Source: Fidelibacterota bacterium (GTDB lineage Bacteria > Fidelibacterota > Marinisomatia > Marinisomatales > TCS55). From it: a stretch of DNA of 45,882 bases. The notes beneath the pieces are model-generated. The model was not told where the DNA came from. It searched no databases and saw only the letters and a list, made by a program, of their open reading frames with translations. The stretch is taken from the NCBI GenBank assembly GCA_036166315.1, contig JAYZHS010000068.1:1-45882 (forward strand), given 5' to 3'. The translations under genes were made by a program, and so were the position numbers. Shown piece after piece: positions 23,687 through 33,121 of this stretch. Each line of letters opens with the position of its first letter. The first letter of the stretch is position 1.

Positions 23687-24307
23687 TTAGATATTAAATT
23701 TAACAACCATAGTATAGGTATGTACCCAAGCACCATTAATATAATCAGAAATATGTTTATAATAAATTGTTGGAGCGGTTAAGCCGATTTTTGATAGATC
23801 AAATCCAACAACAATCCAGTTCTTATTATATTCATTTTTTTCCATATCATAAAAAAATTCATTCCCAACAAAAGGCTTAAGGCCGTTCCAATTTTGATTA
23901 GATTTTGCCATCACCCTCACTCTATTTCGAAGAGCATCTTTTTTCCCAGTTCTGATGCGGTACTCTTGAAGACTGCGAACCGACCATTTTAATTGCTGGG
24001 TATTGATAGTTTTTTGAATTTGAGCTTTTGGTCTTTTTTCAAGTTTCCATTTTTCAACGCTTTTAGTATAGATATTTCGATATTGCAAAGAGGCAGACCA
24101 TGTTTTGCCGATTGGTATTATTGTGCCGGTTTCAAAATGCCTATAATATAAGCCTCGATCATTTGTTGTTCTAAAATCAATATCACCATAAACACTAAAA
24201 TTAGATAGCTTTCGTTTAATTGTGACTTTTTCTGAACGATTTAGTAATTGTTGGGTGTAGATAGGAACCAGACTACATAATAATAAAACATGCATTTTTT
24301 TAATCAT
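23687..24307 (-). CDS. Small putative outer-membrane beta-barrel protein (function unknown)
   Basis: Signal peptide MHVLLLCSLVPIYTQQ. Alternating aromatic/polar beta-strand pattern (YGDIDFRT, WSASLQYRNIY, WIVVGFDL, VHTYTMVVKFNI). Its start overlaps the upstream gene by 8 nt. Confidence 0.4.
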   Translation of the reverse strand: MIKKMHVLLLCSLVPIYTQQLLNRSEKVTIKRKLSNFSVYGDIDFRTTNDRGLYYRHFETGTIIPIGKTWSASLQYRNIYTKSVEKWKLEKRPKAQIQKTINTQQLKWSVRSLQEYRIRTGKKDALRNRVRVMAKSNQNWNGLKPFVGNEFFYDMEKNEYNKNWIVVGFDLSKIGLTAPTIYYKHISDYINGAWVHTYTMVVKFNI

Positions 24308-25151
24308 TTAAAACCTCTTTTATTCGAAAATATGTTGCTCCAAGATTTTCATTATCCGTCATTAAAACTAATTCACCTTTATCAAAAAGCATCGCCTCTA
24401 CTTTTTGATTATCAATCATGATTAGCGGTTTTAAAAGGGATGGGTGATTGAAATCGAAGGTACCCACATTGCTCATTTGCCCTATTTGATAAATTGCAGT
24501 TTTAAATGGTCCATCATTTCCTGGGTCTGAAGTTGCCGAGGTCCATACAGCACCATTGTTATCTATTGTTAAATCTGCAATATTTCTTTTATCATTCTTT
24601 GGAACGGGTAAATCTATAACAAATTTATTTACTTCATAGATTTTATGATTATCCGGTTCATAAAACGCAGTAATTAAGGTTGAAGATCTTTTAGTCGAGC
24701 CTCTATCTCCATAGATGAATATTTGCCCTTGAGCCGAATTATAAACTGCCAGTCCTTCTAAATTCATTTTACTTGTGATGCCTGGTAGGGTAAGCGTTTG
24801 AAGTAATTCAATTCTAAAATCAAAAGGATCAATAAGAAAAATATAGGCCTTACCAGTGCTTTCCATTGCAATGAATTTGTTTGAGTAATTTGGCATTTTA
24901 TACAATGCCTCTAGATCATATGGCAATTTTGACTCAGGCCAAACTAGCTTTCTAAGCTTGAAGGATTTGTCCAAATAGCTTATTCTTGCCTGCTTTTTCT
25001 TTTTGTTGTCATGTACCACAAGGAAACCTTTTTCAAATTTTGCCATACCGCTGATTGAAAATTGTCTTGATCCATGAATTTGAATCCATCTATCTTGAGA
25101 GACGACTAAAGAAAATAAAGTAAAAATTAAAAGATATTTTATTCTTTCCAT
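24300..25151 (-). CDS. Secreted hypothetical protein (beta-rich, possibly propeller-like)
   Basis: Signal peptide YLLIFTLFSLVVSQD. Coherent ORF coupled by overlaps on both sides. I recognise no family with confidence. Confidence 0.5.
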   Translation of the reverse strand: MERIKYLLIFTLFSLVVSQDRWIQIHGSRQFSISGMAKFEKGFLVVHDNKKKKQARISYLDKSFKLRKLVWPESKLPYDLEALYKMPNYSNKFIAMESTGKAYIFLIDPFDFRIELLQTLTLPGITSKMNLEGLAVYNSAQGQIFIYGDRGSTKRSSTLITAFYEPDNHKIYEVNKFVIDLPVPKNDKRNIADLTIDNNGAVWTSATSDPGNDGPFKTAIYQIGQMSNVGTFDFNHPSLLKPLIMIDNQKVEAMLFDKGELVLMTDNENLGATYFRIKEVLND

Positions 25152-25606
25152 ACGCTATAAGGATGTAGGCAAAGATAAGAGTTATAATACTTTTTATCTT
25201 TGGATACTTCTTCCATTAACCAATTTGGTTTAATAAAATCTTCCTTCTCATCAGTTAATTCTATCTCTGCAAGCCATAATCCTTTATTTTTACCATGAAA
25301 CTCATCCACTTCCCATGTTTTATTTTCGTATTCAATTACACTTCGAGTTTTATGGATTACCTCTCCTTGGCTTAGATTAATTAGCCGAAGTGCATCTTCA
25401 TAAGGAATATCATATTCAAATTCATCGCGACTTATTTCAACCGTTTTGGATTTGATAGTTAATACAGCCTTATCGTTTATTATTCGAATTCGCGTTACAC
25501 CTGAATCGTTAATTGATAAGTAGCCTTGTTGATAATCTATTCCAATTAGATCATTAGGCAGCTTAGCTGGGTCAACTATAAATTTTCGTTCTATTTCTTT
25601 AGCCAT
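25139..25606 (-). CDS. CYTH-domain protein (triphosphate tunnel metalloenzyme)
   Basis: N-terminal ExExK signature in MAKEIERKFIV. 155 aa with alternating beta-strand acidic/basic pattern (EFEYDI, WEVDEF, LAEIEL). Confidence 0.8.
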   Translation of the reverse strand: MAKEIERKFIVDPAKLPNDLIGIDYQQGYLSINDSGVTRIRIINDKAVLTIKSKTVEISRDEFEYDIPYEDALRLINLSQGEVIHKTRSVIEYENKTWEVDEFHGKNKGLWLAEIELTDEKEDFIKPNWLMEEVSKDKKYYNSYLCLHPYSVWKE

Positions 25607-26964
25607 TTAACAGAGCATATAATTATTGAAGTAAATATTCCCGGATAAAAAGGTTCTAAGTTCAATGGGTAACTACCAGAAATATTTTTTATTAATACCC
25701 ATAAAATACTAATGAATATAGGCGCAACCATCAAACTAATTACGTCCATTTTTTTCTTAGTGAATGATATTAAAAAAGGTAATAGCAACCCAGGTACAAT
25801 TATTGAGCCCAACGTGTACCACAGTTCAACAACAGAGGGGATACTTATTGCAAGCATTAGTGATATCGTAGCTGTAACTAAAAGCCCTTTTTTTATTAGC
25901 GGTATTGAATCATCATCGTTTAGCTGATGGTCTTTTTCAGTTCTAGATTGAACTCTCCACAAAATATCTCGACCGAAGGTACTGGCACTAATGAATGAGA
26001 AAGAATCAACTGAAGACATAATTACGGATAGGATACCGATAAAAAATAACCCAAATGCGAAAGGCGGTAAAACTAACTCAGCTAATTTGATATAAGCTAG
26101 TGTTGGCGCGCTATTAGTTATTAATAGCTTAGCATAAATTCCAGAAAATAGAGTAAGCATATCAAAGACAAACCAAAAACCAATTGATATTAGGATACCA
26201 TTGCGAGCCGTAGTAGGTGATTTTGCAGCAGCGCATCTTTGATAAAAGCCTGGATCAACAAAAGTCCACAGAGCAATAAAAAACCAAGCAAAGATATACT
26301 GCAAAGAGGCGCCTCCAGTGAATGATAAAAAATTTGCTGGGAGTTCTCTAAAAATATCAATCGATGAATTCGTATAGCGAATGCTAAAAAAAACTAAAAC
26401 TATAAAACCTAAAAACATTACTATGAATTGTAATACGTCAGTGCGTACCACTGCTTTTAAGCCGCCATTCCAAATATAGCTAAGGCTAATTGCAGTGATG
26501 ACCACTAAAGAAAGTTCATGCGGTAAGCCGGTTATTTGATTTACTATGATGCCAATGCTAAGGATGTATGGTGCAGGGCTAGAGAGTAAAAATATATAAA
26601 TGGCGCTTATGGCTCCAGCTACACTTCCATAGCGTTGATAAAACTGATCTGGCAAAGAAATTGATTTTAATTGATTGATTCTACCTGCGATAAAAAAAGC
26701 AAAGATTAGGGCAAAGAGATAATAAGGCAGGCCAAAGATTGTCCAGGTTTGCAAGCCATGAAGATAGGTATTTTCGCCAATTCCTAAAATTCCACCATAC
26801 CATGTGGCCACTAGAGTAACAACAAAACCTGGAAGACTGAGTTTTCTGCCAGCTAGTAGATAAGCTTTTGGATCGAATTGATTTTCGCCAGTTTTCCTTG
26901 AAAATCCAATCGCGATTATTGCTATGAAATAGATAGCAATAATTAAAAGATCAATTACGTGCAT
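25591..26964 (-). CDS. Sodium:solute symporter (SSS) family transporter
   Basis: About 12-13 TM. N-terminal SSS signature YLLAGRKLSLPGFVVTLVATWYGGILGIGE. Confidence 0.8.
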   Translation of the reverse strand: MHVIDLLIIAIYFIAIIAIGFSRKTGENQFDPKAYLLAGRKLSLPGFVVTLVATWYGGILGIGENTYLHGLQTWTIFGLPYYLFALIFAFFIAGRINQLKSISLPDQFYQRYGSVAGAISAIYIFLLSSPAPYILSIGIIVNQITGLPHELSLVVITAISLSYIWNGGLKAVVRTDVLQFIVMFLGFIVLVFFSIRYTNSSIDIFRELPANFLSFTGGASLQYIFAWFFIALWTFVDPGFYQRCAAAKSPTTARNGILISIGFWFVFDMLTLFSGIYAKLLITNSAPTLAYIKLAELVLPPFAFGLFFIGILSVIMSSVDSFSFISASTFGRDILWRVQSRTEKDHQLNDDDSIPLIKKGLLVTATISLMLAISIPSVVELWYTLGSIIVPGLLLPFLISFTKKKMDVISLMVAPIFISILWVLIKNISGSYPLNLEPFYPGIFTSIIICSVKWLKK

Positions 26965-26966
26965 TA

Positions 26967-27593
26967 TTAATGTTCTTTATGGCCTCTAAATATAATAATA
27001 GGATCTGAGCACGAAATAGTAAACCAATCATCAGTGGATTCGTTTGATAAAAGAATTGAAGATCGATGAACTTTGCCGTTGATCTCATACTTTAAATTTT
27101 TAGTTACAATACTACAATCATCTTGTTGTGAGAAGAGTGAAATTCGTTGCCCTGGAAACGAGTCGTAGACCTTTTCACCAACAAAACACTCTATCGTGAA
27201 GTAATCACTTATTATTATCAGATTAATTTTCTTAAAATAATTAGATAAGATCGACAGGTTTGCAATCGCCATATCTTCACGAAGACCCATTACCCCTAAA
27301 ATTATAACTTCATTTATCGAATTCATTATTAACCACTCTATCGCTTTTTCAAGATCTGTGTTATTTTGATTTGGATCCTGAATCATTAAACCCTTAAAAG
27401 ATCCCTTTGCTTTGATGGAGTCGAAATCTCCAATGATGACATGTGGTTCTAGATTGATTGATTTTAAATAGTTTGCCGATCCATCCGTACAGATCACGGT
27501 TCCAGCTGATAGCAAAATGTCATGGGGGTAGTCATGTAATGGAAATGCTCCATTTGCAAGAATTACGATTGGTGTTTTGAAAAAATCTGCCAT
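26967..27593 (-). CDS. thiN: Thiamine pyrophosphokinase
   Basis: 208 aa. Catalytic-domain motifs VICTDGSANYL, VIIGDFDSI and QNNTDLEKAIEW, plus a C-terminal thiamine-binding beta domain of appropriate length. Confidence 0.8.
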   Translation of the reverse strand: MADFFKTPIVILANGAFPLHDYPHDILLSAGTVICTDGSANYLKSINLEPHVIIGDFDSIKAKGSFKGLMIQDPNQNNTDLEKAIEWLIMNSINEVIILGVMGLREDMAIANLSILSNYFKKINLIIISDYFTIECFVGEKVYDSFPGQRISLFSQQDDCSIVTKNLKYEINGKVHRSSILLSNESTDDWFTISCSDPIIIFRGHKEH

Positions 27594-27631
27594 TTTAATG
27601 TATTAAAGTTATAAGATTTATTTTTTAGTAG

Positions 27632-27662
27632 GCATAAAAATGGTTTGTAATCATTTTTATGC
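27632..27662. promoter_or_regulatory. Perfect 11-bp inverted repeat GCATAAAAATG-N9-CATTTTTATGC in a divergent promoter region
   Basis: Read directly. On the plus strand it is followed by ATTTTTTA, so it could also fold as a weak AT-rich hairpin plus U-run. Confidence 0.5.
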
Positions 27663-27675
27663 ATTTTTTAAATTA

Positions 27676-27701
27676 GAAACGATATAAACGCATATCGTTT
27701 C
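27676..27701. promoter_or_regulatory. Perfect 10-bp inverted repeat GAAACGATAT-N6-ATATCGTTTC, candidate TetR operator
   Basis: Read directly. It ends 22 bp upstream of the tetR-family ATG at 27724. Its size and symmetry are typical of TetR-family operators. Confidence 0.55.
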
Positions 27702-27723
27702 CATTTAGCATATCTATTTATCT

Positions 27724-28344
27724 ATGAAAAAAGAACAACAAATTAATCAAATCCTATCTGAAGGTTTTGCTTCAGTTTCTAAATCAGGCGTTAGAGCTTT
27801 TACAGTAGACGCTTTTTCTAAACATATTTCAATGAGCAAAAAAACGATTTATAAATTTTTTCCTACTAAAGAGAATTTAATTAACAGCATTGTATCATTT
27901 GTATACCAACAATTAAATGATTTTCACAATAAAGTAATGAAGGAAGAAAATAATCCTTGCGTACAATTCATAAAAATCATGGAATATCATTGTGAATTTG
28001 TTGGCAAAACCAATGTTAATAGACTGGCCGAGCTAAAAACATTATATCCAAGAATATGGAAACGTACCCAGTCTTTTTGGCTTAATCAGGAAGATAATTT
28101 TTATACTATTTTACAATCAGCTCAAGAAAAAGGATATGCATCAAATAAAAATGTTGATATGAAAGCTGCTTCAGTAATTTATATCAATGTAATCAATAAT
28201 ACATTCCAACCAGAATTTTTTATAAAAAATAATTTACCCTTAAAAGAGACAATTCATGGATTTGTTAATGTGGTAGCAAAAGGATTGTTTAATGATAAGG
28301 GAATGGGGGCAATTAAAAAATATTATGAGCGCAATAGAAAATAA
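27724..28344 (+). CDS. TetR/AcrR-family transcriptional regulator
   Basis: N-terminal HTH FTVDAFSKHISMSKKTIYKFFPTKENLI and an all-helical C-terminal domain. Confidence 0.85.
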   Translation: MKKEQQINQILSEGFASVSKSGVRAFTVDAFSKHISMSKKTIYKFFPTKENLINSIVSFVYQQLNDFHNKVMKEENNPCVQFIKIMEYHCEFVGKTNVNRLAELKTLYPRIWKRTQSFWLNQEDNFYTILQSAQEKGYASNKNVDMKAASVIYINVINNTFQPEFFIKNNLPLKETIHGFVNVVAKGLFNDKGMGAIKKYYERNRK

Positions 28345-30646
28345 ATACTCATCTCATCCATTAAGGAAATGGTTCATTAAGCAAAGCTTGGATCATCCAA
28401 TCAGGTCAATCATTGTATCTTTAATTGCTACCATTAGTGTTGGCTGTGGAGTTTTATCATTTATGATTGATGATGATATGATGAAACTTTTGCCTTCAGA
28501 TCTTGATTCGAAAATTGCTTGGGATGAAATTCAAGATGAGTTTGGTAGTACAGAGTTAATCTATATCGCATTTGGTGAAAAAGGAAAATCGGTTTTTAAT
28601 TCTAAGACTTTTGCGGATATGTGGGATCTATCAAAAACCTTAGAAGCTACTGATCAAATCGAAGAAGTCTTTTCATTGGTCAACACAAATAGAATTGATA
28701 ATGTAGATGATTTTATGGAGGTTGACGATCTACAGACAAAACGTGACTTAACCCAAGCTGAGATTGATGATATTCAAAATTATCTATTAAAAAATCCTTC
28801 ATTAAAAAAACGATTTATTAGTGAAAATGATGAATATTTTGTTATTACTGCACAGCCCTATACTAATGAAGAATTTGATGTATTTTCAAAAATTGTAGTG
28901 GATAAATCTGATAAGATACTTGAAGGTTATGAAATTCATTATGGAGGCAATGCTTATATTTCAGGAATTATGCCTGGGCTCATTCGCGATGATGCATTTA
29001 GCTTGATGCGTTTTGGGATGTTGATCATGGTATTCACTTTGCTTTTAAATTTGAGAAGTATAGCTGGGGTTGCGATGGTTTTGATGGTAATAATCCTTTC
29101 TTTGTTTTCCATGATAGGCGCAATGGGGTGGATATATTATTTCACTGGATCAAATAAGTTCTTGTTTACCCTAGCCAACACCTCAATGCCTATTATTTTG
29201 CTTACGATTGCAAATTCAGATGGAGTGCATATTGTTTCAAAGTTTTTTAGGGAAATGCGTTCAAAAAAAGATACTAGAAAAGCTGTGGCGTCAACCATGG
29301 ATTCCCTATTAGTGCCAATTTTTGTGACGAGCGTTACTACAATCTCTGCCTTTCTAATTATGACAACCTCTCCAATCCAACCATTAATTGGGTATGGAAT
29401 ATCAATGTCAATCGGAATAACATGGGCCTGGTTTTTGAGCTCACTACTACTTCCAGCTGTAATTAGCTTAAAAACATGGGATCCTGAAGATACAGCTTTT
29501 ACCAAGCCTAGCTTTTTTGAAAAATTAGTAGATAAGCTTGGTTCGGCAGTTCTAAATCATCCCAAGCGTGTATTTGGTACAGGAATAACGATTGTAATTA
29601 TTGGATTATTTGGAGTAACCAAAGTCACGGTAGATGTTAATATGCGCAATTTTTTCAAACCCGGAACGGAAATACGCGATAGTATGGATTTTATGGATAA
29701 TGAAATGAATGGCACAGTTGATATCCGTGTTCGTGTTGAGGGAGACATAAAAGATCCACAAACCCTTTCAAGCATGGATGAGTTGCAATCATTTATGGTT
29801 AAAGATGAACAGGTCTCAACAAGTTTTTCTATTGCTGATGTTGTTAAGCAGATGCACCGCACAGTAATGAAGGATGATCTCAAGTATGAAACTATACCTG
29901 AAAATCGAGGTAAAGTGAATAATCTCTTTACGATGTATTCTATGTCTGGTGATCCCGATGATTTTGAAGCACTGGTAGATTATGAATACAAAATTGGGTT
30001 AATTACAGCCTTCGCAGATGTGATGTCTACTGAACAAATTTTTTCTTATACAAATAAATTGAATGAGCATATAAATAAAAACTTTAATGATAACTCAAAA
30101 ATTGATGTAACCGGAATGATCGTTGTCTTTAGAGATTTGGTCATTCTAATCGTACGATCATCATTTGTAAGTATTTTTGCCTCCTTGCTTGTCATTGGTA
30201 TTTTGGCATCTCTTTTCTTCAAACGAGCTTTGTGGGGGCTATTAGCTGTTGTTCCGCTAACTTCAGCAGTGATCATCAATTTTGGCTTTATGGGATTTTT
30301 TGGCATTGAGCTTAGTCACGTAACCGCTATTCTTTCATCGATCATAATTGGCGTAGGGGTTGATTTTGCTATTCATTATATATCGCAGTATAGAAGATTA
30401 TCTCGCACGATTAGTAGTAAAACGGTCAGCAAGGAAGTGGTTGAAGATGTTGGTTATCCGATCGTGCTAGACGCAGCTTCAAATATGGGATTTGGCGCAT
30501 TGGTATTCTCTACGTTCGTGCCTATTCAGTATATCGGAGGATTAATGGTTTTTGCAATGCTTTCTACTTCTTTAGGGACGCTAACCATTTTATCGGCTTT
30601 AACCGAGTTAATGAAAAACAGATTAATTAAAGGAGAAATATCATGA
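28325..30646 (+). CDS. RND-superfamily MMPL-type transporter (12 TM, two periplasmic loops)
   Basis: I prefer the start at Met12 of the listed ORF (MSAIENKY), which overlaps tetR by 20 nt. There are two TM bundles, each preceded by a large soluble loop, as in MMPL/HpnN-like exporters. Confidence 0.75.
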   Translation: MSAIENKYSSHPLRKWFIKQSLDHPIRSIIVSLIATISVGCGVLSFMIDDDMMKLLPSDLDSKIAWDEIQDEFGSTELIYIAFGEKGKSVFNSKTFADMWDLSKTLEATDQIEEVFSLVNTNRIDNVDDFMEVDDLQTKRDLTQAEIDDIQNYLLKNPSLKKRFISENDEYFVITAQPYTNEEFDVFSKIVVDKSDKILEGYEIHYGGNAYISGIMPGLIRDDAFSLMRFGMLIMVFTLLLNLRSIAGVAMVLMVIILSLFSMIGAMGWIYYFTGSNKFLFTLANTSMPIILLTIANSDGVHIVSKFFREMRSKKDTRKAVASTMDSLLVPIFVTSVTTISAFLIMTTSPIQPLIGYGISMSIGITWAWFLSSLLLPAVISLKTWDPEDTAFTKPSFFEKLVDKLGSAVLNHPKRVFGTGITIVIIGLFGVTKVTVDVNMRNFFKPGTEIRDSMDFMDNEMNGTVDIRVRVEGDIKDPQTLSSMDELQSFMVKDEQVSTSFSIADVVKQMHRTVMKDDLKYETIPENRGKVNNLFTMYSMSGDPDDFEALVDYEYKIGLITAFADVMSTEQIFSYTNKLNEHINKNFNDNSKIDVTGMIVVFRDLVILIVRSSFVSIFASLLVIGILASLFFKRALWGLLAVVPLTSAVIINFGFMGFFGIELSHVTAILSSIIIGVGVDFAIHYISQYRRLSRTISSKTVSKEVVEDVGYPIVLDAASNMGFGALVFSTFVPIQYIGGLMVFAMLSTSLGTLTILSALTELMKNRLIKGEIS

Positions 30647-31029
30647 TTGAACATTTTCTTTCCTGTATGCAAAAATACTTTGTATTTAGAGGTAGAACAG
30701 CGCGCAACGAATATTGGTATTTCATTCTATGCACAATTGTAATTGGAATCACCATGGCCTTATTGAGTGAGGTGATTGGATGGAAAATAGATAACCCCAG
30801 TTCATTTGGGGGCCCTATATACCCTTTAGTTGAATTAACGAGATTAGCATTTTTCTTTCCCAGTATTGCTGCAGGAACTAGGAGATTACATGATATTAAT
30901 CGGACAGGTTGGTGGATGTTACTATGCCTTCTTCCGGTAATTGGCTGGATCGCATTGATTGTGATGCATGCAACAAGTGGCGATGAAAATGAAAATCAAT
31001 ATGGACCTAGGCTAGATCAAGAAAATTAA
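30643..31029 (+). CDS. DUF805 (YhaH/YhaI-like) inner-membrane protein
   Basis: ATGA start/stop overlap with the MMPL gene. Signatures FRGRTARNEYWYF and RRLHDINRTGWW. Confidence 0.85.
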   Translation: MIEHFLSCMQKYFVFRGRTARNEYWYFILCTIVIGITMALLSEVIGWKIDNPSSFGGPIYPLVELTRLAFFFPSIAAGTRRLHDINRTGWWMLLCLLPVIGWIALIVMHATSGDENENQYGPRLDQEN

Positions 31030-31049
31030 AATTTATAAGGACAATTAGT

Positions 31050-31799
31050 ATGATAAAATATTTTTTTCTACCTTTCATTTATCTATCAGTAGGCTTCAGT
31101 CAAACCGGCAGGGAGATAGCGGTAATGATGGATGAGTCTCCATCGCCAAAAGATATGAGCAGCCAAACCACAATGATATTGACAAACTCTAAAGGAAAAA
31201 GCCGTACCAATAAGATGGTTTCCAAGACGGTTGATAATAGTGAAAAGCAAATTACATGGTTTTTAGAACCAAAAGATGATAAGGGTGTAGCTTTTTTAAA
31301 GATTGAACACTCTGATCGTGATGATGAAATGCGAATGTGGCTTCCAGATTTTAAAAAGATTCGTAGAATATCATCTAAACGCAAAGGCGATTCATTTATG
31401 GCTTCAGATTTGAGCTATGAAGATCTTTCTAGCCGCGAGTTAGATAAGCATGAATATGATCGTAAAGCTGATGAAGTAATCGATGGAAAGGAATGTTATG
31501 TGGTTGAAGTGATTCCAACGGCAAAAGCAGAATCATCCTATTTAAAGCATAAATCATGGATCAATAAATCAACACTCAGCGTTGTCAAAGAAGAGTCTTT
31601 TGACAAAAGAGGAGAGCTAATTAAAATAAAAAAGTTCTCACATAAAAAAATTAAAGATTACTATGTTATGAGTGAAATCTTTGTTGAGAATGTGCAAAAA
31701 AACCATACGACAAAATTGACTTTTGATAAGGTGGAGGTAGATACGGGAGTGAAGCCATCCCTTTTTCAGGAAAAAAACTTAAAACGATTGCCAAGATAG
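31050..31799 (+). CDS. Outer-membrane lipoprotein-sorting (LolA-like, PF17131-type) protein, copy 1
   Basis: Signal peptide. Family motif MRMWLPDFKKIRRISSKRKGDSFMASDLSYEDL. Confidence 0.75.
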   Translation: MIKYFFLPFIYLSVGFSQTGREIAVMMDESPSPKDMSSQTTMILTNSKGKSRTNKMVSKTVDNSEKQITWFLEPKDDKGVAFLKIEHSDRDDEMRMWLPDFKKIRRISSKRKGDSFMASDLSYEDLSSRELDKHEYDRKADEVIDGKECYVVEVIPTAKAESSYLKHKSWINKSTLSVVKEESFDKRGELIKIKKFSHKKIKDYYVMSEIFVENVQKNHTTKLTFDKVEVDTGVKPSLFQEKNLKRLPR

Positions 31800-31809
31800 G
31801 CTCATTCAT

Positions 31810-33105
31810 TTGTCAGCGCTCAATAAAAAAATAATACTAAGCCTTAGCGCATTCTGTGCGATCCAGGCACAGATAGACATAGCAGGGGAGCTTAACCCTT
31901 ACGTAATGACGCGAACATCAGACCGCTCGCAGATTAATTTGCCGTTTCGTTTATTATCCCTAGATGCGAGTTATTCATTTGAATCATTTGATTTTAAAAC
32001 AGTTAGCGGGATGGAGTACCGTTACAGCACTAGTCAATATTCGGTTGAACTAAGGGAGGCATATTTAGCTTTCTACCCTGAATGGGGAGAAGTCAAAGTA
32101 GGAAAGCAAATTCATTCATGGGGTGCTGCAGATGCTGTGAACCCAACGGATAATTTGAACCCTTATGATTACTATTATATGCTCAAAGCAGGAGCGGGAA
32201 AAAAAATAGGTATGCTCTCAATGTCTTCAGTATTGTATAGGGAAAATTTTCAAGTCGAGCTAATTGTCAGCCCTAATCACGAACCAAATAGGATTCCCTA
32301 TGGGGAAAAAGATTTTCCACTTGCTGTTGAACAAAAACCGCTAATAGAAAACCAAATAAAAGACGAGATGGAAGCCGGAATTCGTTTTCAAACATCGCTT
32401 GTCGGAAGCGATATAAGTTTTTCATATTTTATGGGTAATGATCGTATGCCAAGTGTGCATTCTGTATTTTCACCTAAAGATCCAACAGCCAATTCTAAAT
32501 TTAATTTGGGATATAGAAAAACAACGGTTTTTGGATCAGACTTTGTAACATTTATCGGAGATTTAACTATTAGAGCGGAAGGTGCAGTGTACAATACTAA
32601 AAGTGGCTCTACGGATGATGAAATTTTATCAGACAACTACTTCGCCCTTAATCAAGATGTAACCTATTCTCAATATGTTATTCAGCTAGAGTACACAACA
32701 GCAGCAGATATCATGATATCAGGTCAATTCATTGGTAGCAGTACGATCGATGAAACGAATCAATGGTTTAGCCCAAAAAAACCATCTTACAAAATTGATT
32801 TTATACCAATTTTACCATTTAGCCCAGGAATGGGAACTCCGCTTGCAATGTTCACCAATAAAGCTGCATTAATTAGCTCAAGTGGGGTTATGATGGATGA
32901 CCAGTTAGAATTATCAGGGTCTTTAATGATCAATTTAAATGAGTCTGGATCAATGCTTAGCGCTACGATTGGATATTCTCCAATACTGAATTGGAAATTT
33001 GAGTTGGCGACTACCCAGTTTCAAGGAAATGCAGATCAACTCAACCCGTTTACATTGATGCAGGACTTTAATCATGTAAGAATGGGTATAATGTATAATT
33101 TTTGA
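31810..33105 (+). CDS. Outer-membrane beta-barrel protein (porin-like, function unknown)
   Basis: TTG start and signal peptide LSLSAFCAIQAQ. Amphipathic beta-strand pattern. Terminal MGIMYNF has the C-terminal Phe typical of BAM substrates. Confidence 0.6.
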   Translation: MSALNKKIILSLSAFCAIQAQIDIAGELNPYVMTRTSDRSQINLPFRLLSLDASYSFESFDFKTVSGMEYRYSTSQYSVELREAYLAFYPEWGEVKVGKQIHSWGAADAVNPTDNLNPYDYYYMLKAGAGKKIGMLSMSSVLYRENFQVELIVSPNHEPNRIPYGEKDFPLAVEQKPLIENQIKDEMEAGIRFQTSLVGSDISFSYFMGNDRMPSVHSVFSPKDPTANSKFNLGYRKTTVFGSDFVTFIGDLTIRAEGAVYNTKSGSTDDEILSDNYFALNQDVTYSQYVIQLEYTTAADIMISGQFIGSSTIDETNQWFSPKKPSYKIDFIPILPFSPGMGTPLAMFTNKAALISSSGVMMDDQLELSGSLMINLNESGSMLSATIGYSPILNWKFELATTQFQGNADQLNPFTLMQDFNHVRMGIMYNF

Positions 33106-33121
33106 TTCCTTATATTCTTGC

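Noticed and set aside
27594-27723. TPP (THI-box) riboswitch upstream of the thiN-SSS-CYTH operon.
   Set aside because: I read both strands and found no CUGAGA-type core or the conserved pyrimidine-sensor/pyrophosphate-sensor helices. The region contains only the two simple palindromes reported above.
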